Shown in pieces: positions 6,226 through 12,835 of a stretch of 12,835 nucleotides of DNA; the first letter of the stretch is position 1; every line of letters starts with the position of its first letter. A model generated the notes under the pieces. That model saw only the letters and a list, made by a program, of their open reading frames with translations, was not told the DNA's origin and did no database searches. The position numbers were made by a program, and so were the translations under genes. The stretch comes from a virus. Lineage: Duplodnaviria; Heunggongvirae; Uroviricota; Caudoviricetes. The stretch lies in the IMG/VR virus record IMGVR_UViG_2579778894_000012; one strand, 5' to 3'.

Positions 6226-6346
6226 AAAACAGAGAAGAGCATCACCGGACGACGGGCTCATAACCCAATCCACCCGGGCGGCTGCCACCGCAGGTGTTCT
6301 TCTCTGTTTTGTGGAGAAACTAATATCTTGTGCAGAGGAAAATAGA

Positions 6347-7264
6347 ATGAAATTACCAAAATTTCGTAACGCAATTGTGTACCGAGCAACATTACCTAGT
6401 ATACAGGCTATTGAAGGTCATCTTCTCGAACTCCCTTATTCTGAAATCGGGGAAACAGAATTTTCACGGTCCTCTTTTGTAGAGAATCCTGTCACTGGTG
6501 AACTGGTAACTCCGATATCTGGTGGGTACGCAATGGTAATCCGTCATGATCAGAAAATAATTCCCCGACATGTCGTCATGAAAGAAGCTAATTCTCGAAT
6601 CCAAACAATCGAAAATATGTCCGGGAATAAATTAAAGCGTGCCGAACGACTGGCCATTATTGATAACGTACGAGTAGATCTATGCAAACAGGCATTTGTT
6701 AAGTCTACGCTGATTCTTGCATTGTACAGCACTGATGAGAAATTATTGGTAATCAACACAACCAATAAAATAATAGCTGGTATGGTATGCGCAATGCTGA
6801 TTAAGGTTGTCGGTTCAGTGAAAACAGAAACAATCAACATCAGTGATATCAAGAATGGACTGACTACACGCCTGAATAACTACATCAATGGTGCAGCCAA
6901 TGCATTTGAAGGATTCACTGTCGGAAATTATATTCAGCTATCACGCTACGCAGATCAAAAGGAAATTATTCGCTACTCAGCTGAGCATGAGTCAATTCAA
7001 AGCGAACTGGCCGATAGTCTTAGTAGTAGTTTCACTGCTGATAAAATGGAGTTATCCGGTTGCGGTGTGACCTTCATTCTTACCGAAAATTTCCATTTTT
7101 CGCGCATCAATACTCAATCTCAGACATTTAATGATGAAGATGATAAAGCATTCCAGTGGCGTCATCAGACTGGCGCTGACCTTTTCCAATTCAGCAAGGT
7201 AGTTAATTTGATGTGTGACCTTCTTTCTTACAAAGAAGATAAAAGCCAAAATCCAACAACTTAA
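6347..7264 (+). CDS. RdgC-like recombination-associated protein
   Basis: 305 aa from ATG 6347 (AGAGGA SD); N-terminal KFRNAIVYR and overall length resemble E. coli RdgC (about 303 aa, recalled). The upstream extension to 6146 has a GTG start and no SD. Confidence 0.6.
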   Translation: MKLPKFRNAIVYRATLPSIQAIEGHLLELPYSEIGETEFSRSSFVENPVTGELVTPISGGYAMVIRHDQKIIPRHVVMKEANSRIQTIENMSGNKLKRAERLAIIDNVRVDLCKQAFVKSTLILALYSTDEKLLVINTTNKIIAGMVCAMLIKVVGSVKTETINISDIKNGLTTRLNNYINGAANAFEGFTVGNYIQLSRYADQKEIIRYSAEHESIQSELADSLSSSFTADKMELSGCGVTFILTENFHFSRINTQSQTFNDEDDKAFQWRHQTGADLFQFSKVVNLMCDLLSYKEDKSQNPTT

Positions 7265-7268
7265 AAAA

Positions 7269-7312
7269 ATTGCAGCAATCATCCCATGTCAAATGGGCTG
7301 GATTGCTGCAAT
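7269..7312. promoter_or_regulatory. Perfect 12-bp inverted repeat hairpin between the rdgC-like and HD-domain genes
   Basis: ATTGCAGCAATC (7269..7280) and GATTGCTGCAAT (7301..7312) with a nested CCCAT-gtcaa-ATGGG; A7 tract immediately upstream on the plus strand. Confidence 0.35.
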
Positions 7313-7354
7313 CAAAATTCAGAGCGGTGCAGCGCATATAACGTGGAGAACAAA

Positions 7355-7891
7355 ATGTCATTTATTAAAACTTTTTCCGGGAAGCATTTTTATTATGACA
7401 AGATAAATAAAGACGACATCGTGATTAACGATATCGCGGTTTCCCTTTCAAATATCTGCCGCTTTGCCGGTCATCTTTCTCACTTCTACAGTGTCGCCCA
7501 ACATGCGGTGCTTTGCAGCCAGCTGGTGCCGCAGGAATTTGCTTTTGAAGCGTTAATGCATGATGCAACAGAAGCGTATTGCCAGGATATTCCCGCTCCA
7601 CTGAAACGCCTTCTTCCTGACTATAAACGGATGGAAGAAAAAATAGACGCCGTAATCCGTGAGAAATACGGGTTACCCCCGGTTATGAGCACGCCTGTGA
7701 AATATGCCGATCTCATCATGCTGGCAACCGAACGCCGCGATCTCGGGCTTGATGATGGCTCTTTCTGGCCAGTACTGGAAGGTATCCCGGCAACAGAAAT
7801 GTTCAAAGTTATTCCACTGGCTCCGAGCCATGCCTACGGGATGTTTATGGAGCGCTTTAACGAGTTATCGGAGTTACGCACATGCGCATGA
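7355..7891 (+). CDS. yfdR: HD-domain phosphohydrolase (YfdR-like 5'-deoxynucleotidase)
   Basis: 178 aa from ATG 7355 (GGAGAA SD); HD motif in EALMHDATEAY; size and sequence match the recalled CPS-53 prophage YfdR. Confidence 0.7.
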   Translation: MSFIKTFSGKHFYYDKINKDDIVINDIAVSLSNICRFAGHLSHFYSVAQHAVLCSQLVPQEFAFEALMHDATEAYCQDIPAPLKRLLPDYKRMEEKIDAVIREKYGLPPVMSTPVKYADLIMLATERRDLGLDDGSFWPVLEGIPATEMFKVIPLAPSHAYGMFMERFNELSELRTCA

Positions 7892-8493
7892 ATGTTTTCG
7901 AAATGGAAGGGTTTCTTCGCGGGAAATGTGTACCACGAGATCTGAAAGTGAATGAAACAAATGCTGAATATCTGGTGCGTAAATTTGCTGAAGCGGAGGC
8001 CAAGATTTTGGCTCTGTCCGAAGACCAACAGAAAGCGATTGAGTCAATTAAGCAGGCTGATGCAGCTGTTAAGTTGGCACACGAGAAGTTTTCGGCGCTG
8101 GCGGCGGAGAATGCGGGGCTGAAACACGCAATGGCCGTAACTCTTGAGCATGTGTCGGTCACGGATGCAGGGCAGGCTGGTGTTGCTGCAATGATTATCA
8201 ACGATGCCCTACACCACAGCGAAACTCCAGCCACCGATGCTTTCCTGGCTGAAATTCGTGCGGAAGCACGCAACGAGGGGATTAACTATACCGCAAGCCG
8301 TCTTGCTGCTGCTTTCAATCACGGATTTATCAATAAGTCTTTACGTGAAGTTTTCGACGTTACACGCATGATTCTGTCAGCGAAAGAAGAGTTGGCTAAT
8401 GAACCACACCCGATTGATGGCCTGTCCGGTGAATATGCGGAGAAATCCCTAGAAGAATGGGCGGAACAGATTCGCAAAGGAGGCAACCAGTGA
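7882..8493 (+). CDS. Hypothetical phage protein, predicted coiled-coil
   Basis: 203-aa ORF; ATG 7882 overlaps the upstream stop, GGAG 8 nt upstream; Ala/Glu/Lys-rich helical composition. Confidence 0.55.
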   Translation: MRMNVFEMEGFLRGKCVPRDLKVNETNAEYLVRKFAEAEAKILALSEDQQKAIESIKQADAAVKLAHEKFSALAAENAGLKHAMAVTLEHVSVTDAGQAGVAAMIINDALHHSETPATDAFLAEIRAEARNEGINYTASRLAAAFNHGFINKSLREVFDVTRMILSAKEELANEPHPIDGLSGEYAEKSLEEWAEQIRKGGNQ

Positions 8494-8714
8494 GCGGAAA
8501 AAGAATGACTAACAGAGAGCTTGTTGATGCCGCGATTAAGCTTGCTGGTGATTTTTATTCAATGATGGGGTACGCGCATCGCCCTGGATTCAAATATTGG
8601 GAATCACCGCATCCGCAAGAGCAACTGGTATTTCAAATGGCCTGCCGTGCTTTTGAGGTTATTCGCGGTTCTGATGTGATGGACGCCGTTGCCGACTTGG
8701 AGGATGAAGAGTGA
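8490..8714 (+). CDS. Hypothetical small phage protein
   Basis: GTG start at 8490 (GTGA overlap with upstream stop) preceded by AAGGAGG at 6 nt; 74 aa. Confidence 0.45.
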   Translation: MSGKRMTNRELVDAAIKLAGDFYSMMGYAHRPGFKYWESPHPQEQLVFQMACRAFEVIRGSDVMDAVADLEDEE

Positions 8715-9259
8715 CCCAAATTAACTATCAGGCACTGCGTGAAAAGGCAGAGAAAGCAACTAAAGGAAGCTACATCGTAGGGCATACATCTGTTAACCAG
8801 CACGGCAATTTAACAGGAGTTTTTGTTTGCCAAAAATGGAAAGGAGAACCCGGTGGCGTGATTGCGGAATGTCATGTTAACTGCCTGATTGAATCAGATG
8901 CTCAGGCTTATGCAAACGCTGAATTCATAGCAGAGGCTAACCCGGCTACCGTGCTGGCACTGCTGGATGAACAGGAAAGAAACCTGCAATACATCAAAAG
9001 CCGCGATCAGGAGAACGAGGATATTGCGCTAACGGTAGGGAAGCTGCGCGTTGAGCTTGAAGCAGAAAAACAGCGGGCAAAAGTTCTATTTATGGAAAAT
9101 GCTCGGCTTAAGTCAGGCATAGCCGGTCTGATACACCTCGGTATTCGATATGCAGATGTTGAGGTCATGAAAATTGCTGGAGATGCCCAGCTTTCTACCC
9201 CATGCACTGACAGCATCATAAACAGCATTGCAACAGGCATTCGCATCAAAGGAGAGTGA
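8711..9259 (+). CDS. Ead/Ea22-like family protein
   Basis: GTG start overlapping upstream stop, GGAGGA SD; NAEFIAEANPATVLALLDE resembles Ead/Ea22-like prophage proteins (recalled). Confidence 0.45.
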   Translation: MTQINYQALREKAEKATKGSYIVGHTSVNQHGNLTGVFVCQKWKGEPGGVIAECHVNCLIESDAQAYANAEFIAEANPATVLALLDEQERNLQYIKSRDQENEDIALTVGKLRVELEAEKQRAKVLFMENARLKSGIAGLIHLGIRYADVEVMKIAGDAQLSTPCTDSIINSIATGIRIKGE

Positions 9260-9260
9260 T

Positions 9261-9776
9261 ATGGCGTTAACACACCACGAACTCTGTCAGATTGCGTACA
9301 AGTTCCTTAAGCGCAACGGGTTCAAGGTTTGCTTTCATGACCGCTTTGTTGCTGTAACCAGTACCGGAGAACAGCCAGATGCTATGGGATTCAGAAATTC
9401 AGCATCATGCCTGATAGAGGCGAAGTGTTCTCGTGCTGACTTGTTGGCAGATAGAAAAAAGCGTTTCCGTAAAAATCCCTCACTTGGCATGGGCGACTGG
9501 CGATTCTTTATTAGTGAGCCGGAAATTATTTCAGTTGAGGATTTACCTCCCGGCTGGGGATTACTTCACGTTGTTAACGGAAGAGTACGGAAAGTACATG
9601 GATGGCCCAGGGGTAATTGCTGTTGGGGTAATCCTGACGATAAGCCATTTACTGGGAATAAGCAGGTTGAATGCGATTACATGTTATCTGCATTAAGGCG
9701 CATGGAGTTGAGAGGGCACCTTAATGAAATATATGACGGTGTGATTGTTAATAAGAAAGAAGGAAACGCGGCATGA
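9261..9776 (+). CDS. PD-(D/E)xK nuclease-fold protein (MmcB-like)
   Basis: 171 aa from ATG 9261 (AAGGAG SD); PDAMGF...LIEAKCS gives a PD...ExK pattern typical of restriction-endonuclease-like folds. Confidence 0.5.
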   Translation: MALTHHELCQIAYKFLKRNGFKVCFHDRFVAVTSTGEQPDAMGFRNSASCLIEAKCSRADLLADRKKRFRKNPSLGMGDWRFFISEPEIISVEDLPPGWGLLHVVNGRVRKVHGWPRGNCCWGNPDDKPFTGNKQVECDYMLSALRRMELRGHLNEIYDGVIVNKKEGNAA

Positions 9777-10339
9777 TCACTATTACCAAAGGGCGACTGC
9801 TGACAATCCAGCAGTGGCGCGAAACATACGGACCTGGCAGCAACGTTGTACTGCCAGCAGAAGAAGCGGAAGAACTGGCACGAATTGCACTGGTATCGCT
9901 GGAAGCAGAGCCTGTAAGCCAAACTTACAACTTGCCAGAATTAATCGAAGGCATGGAAGTTTCCATTGATGTAAGCACTTGTGATGTTGATTTAGGTAAT
10001 CGCTATTTCGGTACCGTCACCGAGGCGTTAGAACTTGATACAGCCAAAAATGGTTACATCCTCCTAGTTCAGGACGCAGAGCCAAACTTCGATGTAAATG
10101 GCAACTCTCCGGGAACTCCGGATAGTTGGATAAGCTGTAGTGATCGAATGCCTGAAAAGGGCCAGAACGTGCTTATTTCGGTGAATTTCGATAGCTCTCA
10201 GGTTGAACCGCTAATATGCTCCGCACGCTATACCGGAAGCACCTTTCGGCGCGGAGATGCAACGATTAAGCCGGGTAATGGTATTGAGCAAGCAACTCAC
10301 TGGATGCCGCTACCGGAACCGCCGCTGGAGGTGAAGTGA
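9773..10339 (+). CDS. DUF551-domain phage protein
   Basis: ATGA overlap with upstream stop; C-terminal WISCSDRMPEKGQNVL...ARY...THWMPLPEPP is the DUF551 signature common in enterobacterial prophages. Confidence 0.65.
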   Translation: MITITKGRLLTIQQWRETYGPGSNVVLPAEEAEELARIALVSLEAEPVSQTYNLPELIEGMEVSIDVSTCDVDLGNRYFGTVTEALELDTAKNGYILLVQDAEPNFDVNGNSPGTPDSWISCSDRMPEKGQNVLISVNFDSSQVEPLICSARYTGSTFRRGDATIKPGNGIEQATHWMPLPEPPLEVK

Positions 10340-10911
10340 TGAACAACTTAATGATCGACCTTGAGACGATGGGGAAAAATAAGGATGCACCGATCGTTTC
10401 CATTGGCGCGGTGTTCTTCACTCCAGAAATCGGAGACATCGGACAAGAATTCTATACGGTTGTTAGCCTGGAAAGTGCTATGGAGCAAGGAGCTACACCT
10501 GACGGCGATACCATCCTGTGGTGGTTGAAACAAAGCCCTGAAGCACGAGCTGCAATCTGTATTGATGATACTTTGTCGATCAGCGATGCTCTCTCAGAAC
10601 TAAACCATTTCATTAACCGGCACGCAGACAATACGAAATATTTAAAAGTCTGGGGTAACGGGGCCACCTTCGACAACGTAATTTTACGTGGAGCTTACGA
10701 GCGAGCAGGACAAATCTGCCCGTGGGCGTACTGGAATGACCACGATGTACGCACGATCGTTACGCTTGGGCGTTCCATCGGATTCGACCCCAAAATGGAC
10801 ATGCCTTTCGATGGCGACCGGCACAACGCCCTGGCTGATGCCCGTCATCAGGCAAAATATGTTTCCGCTATCTGGCAGAAATTAATTCCTGCTACCAGCA
10901 CAGAATTATGA
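10339..10911 (+). CDS. DEDDh-type 3'-5' exonuclease (DnaQ-like)
   Basis: Exo I MIDLETMG, Exo II WGNGATFDNVIL, Exo III HNALADARHQAKY; GGAGG 7 nt before ATG 10339 (GTG 10336 is an alternative). Confidence 0.75.
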   Translation: MNNLMIDLETMGKNKDAPIVSIGAVFFTPEIGDIGQEFYTVVSLESAMEQGATPDGDTILWWLKQSPEARAAICIDDTLSISDALSELNHFINRHADNTKYLKVWGNGATFDNVILRGAYERAGQICPWAYWNDHDVRTIVTLGRSIGFDPKMDMPFDGDRHNALADARHQAKYVSAIWQKLIPATSTEL

Positions 10912-10947
10912 TTTTCCCGGGTGCAGCCGGTTTTGATGGAGAAAATT

Positions 10948-11220
10948 ATGAACACCTTGTTTTTACTGATGGCTGAATTCAATACCCCAAACATTGAGCT
11001 GTCAGCTGTATGCCAAAAGTATTTCGGTATGAGCCCTAACACAGCAGAAGCGAAAGCAAATGCATGCCAGTTGCCGATCCCGACTTATCGTGTTGGTACA
11101 TCACAGAAAGCAAAGCGCTGCATCAACATTCAGGATCTTGCTGAATATATAGATAAACGGCGTGAAGAAGGCAGAATTGAATGGGAGAGGGTAAGAACAA
11201 ATAGGAAAATAAATAACTAA
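10948..11220 (+). CDS. PrtN-family (pyocin-activator-like) small DNA-binding protein, possible excisionase-type regulator
   Basis: 90 aa from ATG 10948 (GGAGAA SD); MNTLFLLMAEF...CQLPIPTYRVGTSQKAKRCINIQDLAEYIDKRREEG resembles PrtN-family prophage proteins (recalled). Confidence 0.55.
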   Translation: MNTLFLLMAEFNTPNIELSAVCQKYFGMSPNTAEAKANACQLPIPTYRVGTSQKAKRCINIQDLAEYIDKRREEGRIEWERVRTNRKINN

Positions 11221-11226
11221 TCTCAC

Positions 11227-11254
11227 AAAAAACCCGCTTCGGCGGGTTAGTTTT
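11227..11254. terminator. Bidirectional intrinsic terminator between converging operons
   Basis: AACCCGC-TTCG-GCGGGTT hairpin flanked by AAAAAA upstream and AGTTTTCATCTTT downstream; overlaps the stop of the minus-strand YafO-like gene. Confidence 0.65.
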
Positions 11255-11681
11255 CATCTTTATAATTCTGGGCAATTCGCGCCAGATAGCTCATCACATC
11301 ATGTTTTCTTGCTTTTTCATGTGCATCGGGATACATAATAGCAATGAGTGAATATTTATTCTCATAAAGCTCACCTTGGACATACACAAGACAAGCATCA
11401 TTATCAGGATCACCTTTCTTGCAGACCCTATCCGGTTGTGGAAGTTTCTCGGGAAACTTGTTTGGCGGTAGACAAAGATGGATATGCATCAACCCAGCCC
11501 GAAAAGCACCATAAGGCTGAGTATACGCAACGTCCCTACCGAAATAATGCGGAAGCTCACCGGTTGCTTTGTATCTCTTGAAATCATCAATGATAGAAGA
11601 CTCTAGCTCCGGGAATTTGAGAAAAACTTCATCAAAAAATTCAGCTCTAGTTTCTGGATTAATAGAGACTTCTAGATGCAT
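11247..11681 (-). CDS. YafO-family toxin homolog (ribosome-dependent mRNA interferase fold)
   Basis: 144 aa; DDFKRYKATGELPHYFGRDVAY, HIHLCLPPNKFP and ACLVYVQGELYENKYSLIAIMYPDAHEKARKHD align with recalled E. coli YafO blocks (DFISYKRDGVLPDIFGRDALY, HIHLANENNPFP, AHLVYCQGAFDEQAWLLIAILKPEPHKLARD). Confidence 0.65.
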   Translation of the reverse strand: MHLEVSINPETRAEFFDEVFLKFPELESSIIDDFKRYKATGELPHYFGRDVAYTQPYGAFRAGLMHIHLCLPPNKFPEKLPQPDRVCKKGDPDNDACLVYVQGELYENKYSLIAIMYPDAHEKARKHDVMSYLARIAQNYKDEN

Positions 11682-11697
11682 GGTCGTCCGCTATCGG

Positions 11698-12237
11698 TTA
11701 GTGAAATTGCATCGATTTTAGCTTATTTGATGTGTGACTAGCTAGTGCTGCAATTCCAGCAAGATCCGCGCGCCCGCTAAAAGTAACAGTTTCTTTAAAT
11801 ATGCTCTTTATGTAATTGTTAAGGCGAGTGACAGATGAGCGAGCTTTAGCAATATGACGCCAGTAAACCTTCAGTTCTGACCTGATAAATTCAGGCAGAG
11901 GCGATTCAATTGTACGCTTCACTTCTTCTTCAAAAGCACGCAGGAACATTTCGCATGCCTCTGTCGTATCTGTCCCGTTTTTGGAAACAAACTCGCGAGC
12001 ATCTTGGCTATTAAGATCAATCAAACAGATATAGTAGTCATCTGCTGCAATTGTTAACTTTTGCAAGATCTCCTTACCCTCTTCCATTTTGCGTGAGAAT
12101 TCCTCAACAGAAGGAGAGTACTCAAAAGGTTTAGCAATCACAGGGGCTGGCTGGATGATGAACTCCTGCGCCATAGCAGCAGGACAAGCCAGAGGCCCGC
12201 ACAATGCAGCAAAAGTAATGGCGTTAAACGGATTCAT
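11698..12237 (-). CDS. Hypothetical protein with signal-peptide-like N-terminus, upstream partner of the YafO-like gene
   Basis: 179 aa; GAGG 5 nt before ATG 12237; N-terminal MNPFNAITFAALCGPLACPAAMA-QE is hydrophobic with an AxA-type site; acidic helical remainder; stop 16 nt before the YafO-like start. Confidence 0.55.
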   Translation of the reverse strand: MNPFNAITFAALCGPLACPAAMAQEFIIQPAPVIAKPFEYSPSVEEFSRKMEEGKEILQKLTIAADDYYICLIDLNSQDAREFVSKNGTDTTEACEMFLRAFEEEVKRTIESPLPEFIRSELKVYWRHIAKARSSVTRLNNYIKSIFKETVTFSGRADLAGIAALASHTSNKLKSMQFH

Positions 12238-12741
12238 GGCAACCTCAACTGTTTTACTTACTAAGCAATAGCCTTAGCTATTTGGAGCAAAGTCTATAAC
12301 CGCGGTTGTTTTTGGTCAATCAGATAAGGCAGCAAATGGTGCTTTATGAATAGATATGAATAGAAAGAGCAAAACTTCAGGTTCCCAATAGGCTCCCACA
12401 AAGTGTATAACTAGTTGTTTTTCAAAAACGGTACATCCTATCGAGCATTGGTGCAACGCTAAACCGACCACTCCAGTGAACGTCAGTTTTTTCAGGCATT
12501 GCGCTGGTTTGGTTGATTTTTTGCATTTCAGAATTACCGTGCATTTTCAAATGTAGAGATTATTTTATCGATATATCATGGGGTTATGTTATTCAGCATC
12601 ACTATTCAGGAGGCTCAATAGCGGGGTACTATACCATAACAACAGGAAGCGCCTGTCTCATTGCAAAAGAAAATTGAGATCCTCTCAAGGCATGAAGCTC
12701 TCACGAAGTGATGGAAATAATCTTATTAGCCGTTAACTTTG

Positions 12742-12835
12742 GGAAGGTGCGAACAAGTCCCTGATATGAGATCATGTTTGTCATCTGGAGCCATGGAACA
12801 GGGTTCATCATGAGTCATCAACTTACCTTCGCCGA
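12742..12835 (+). mobile_element. IS5 terminal inverted repeat and left end (partial; element continues beyond the window)
   Basis: GGAAGGTGCGAACAAGTCCCTGATATGAGATCATGTTTGTCATCTGGAG matches the recalled IS5 terminus, followed by the transposase start. Confidence 0.8.
12810..12835 (+). CDS. insH: IS5 transposase InsH, first 8 codons (partial)
   Basis: ATG at 12810; translation MSHQLTFA matches the IS5 transposase N-terminus MSHQLTFADSEF. Confidence 0.8.

Noticed and set aside
6214-6229. boxA-like sequence CGCTCTTTTTACAAAA (nut-site-like)
   Set aside because: On closer reading it is the 3' arm and U-tract of the 10-bp-stem terminator hairpin at 6178..6225, not a free boxA element; no lambda-type boxB hairpin or N gene was found.
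5791-6345. ORFs 5791..6015(-), 6094..6288(-), 6130..6345(+) and the 6146 extension of the rdgC-like ORF in the leader region
   Set aside because: Non-ATG starts (TTG/GTG) without SD, odd Cys/His/Pro-rich translations, antisense to the promoter-driven transcript; the region is better explained as structured RNA. Kept open as the refutation test for the ncRNA finding.
6550-8273. ORFs 6550..6852(-), 6888..7070(+), 7052..7282(-), 7215..7406(+), 7286..7354 extension, 7621..7806(-), 7704..7955(+), 7834..8028(-), 7857..8273(-)
   Set aside because: Overlap the rdgC-like, HD-domain and coiled-coil genes in other frames or strands; the 7286 start lacks an SD and would read through the 12-bp inverted repeat.
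9007-11581. ORFs 9007..9273(-), 9433..9696(+), 9677..9922(-), 9745..9969(+), 10348..10533(-), 10452..10676(-), 10688..10885(+), 10848..11042(-), 11348..11581(+)
   Set aside because: Shadow ORFs inside better-supported genes (Ead-like, PD-(D/E)xK, DUF551, exonuclease, PrtN-like, YafO-like).
12089-12745. ORF 12089..12271(+) and an unlisted 55-codon basic ORF starting at ATG 12578
   Set aside because: The first is antisense to the secreted-protein gene; the second has no SD and its stop lies just before the IS5 end, so it is probably fortuitous in AT-rich spacer.
1-12835. CRISPR arrays, tRNA/tmRNA or rRNA genes, integrase or att core
   Set aside because: No regularly spaced repeat-spacer arrays, no tRNA-like T-arm/acceptor signatures and no tyrosine-recombinase-like ORF were seen; integrase and att are presumably outside the window.

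Overview
This window reads as the central part of a lambdoid (CPS-53/Rac-like) enterobacterial prophage, ending in the left end of an IS5 copy. All calls are from reading the sequence and recalling protein families; no searches or folding were run. The immunity region sits in the middle: a Cro-like gene (4729..4929, -) and a cI-like S24 repressor (5020..5694, +) are divergent across a ~90-bp operator region. Leftwards on the minus strand runs a tightly coupled operon with ATGA/TAATG stop-start overlaps: cII-like, Rha, a replication initiator with internal iterons, a PerC-like protein, a phage Dam methyltransferase, a LexA-DNA-binding-domain-only protein, RusA, and the start of a KilA-N-like gene. 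Rightwards, a sigma70 promoter just after the cI terminator drives a ~450-nt GC-rich leader with no convincing ORF that ends in two terminator-like hairpins. Behind it lies a plus-strand operon of nucleic-acid enzymes (RdgC-like, HD-domain YfdR-like, PD-(D/E)xK, DEDDh exonuclease) plus DUF551, Ead/Ea22-like and PrtN-like genes. After a bidirectional terminator comes a convergent, AT-richer two-gene module: a YafO-family toxin homolog with a non-canonical upstream partner. The most interesting candidates are the structured leader (possible cis-acting antitermination RNA or ncRNA) and the YafO-like module.
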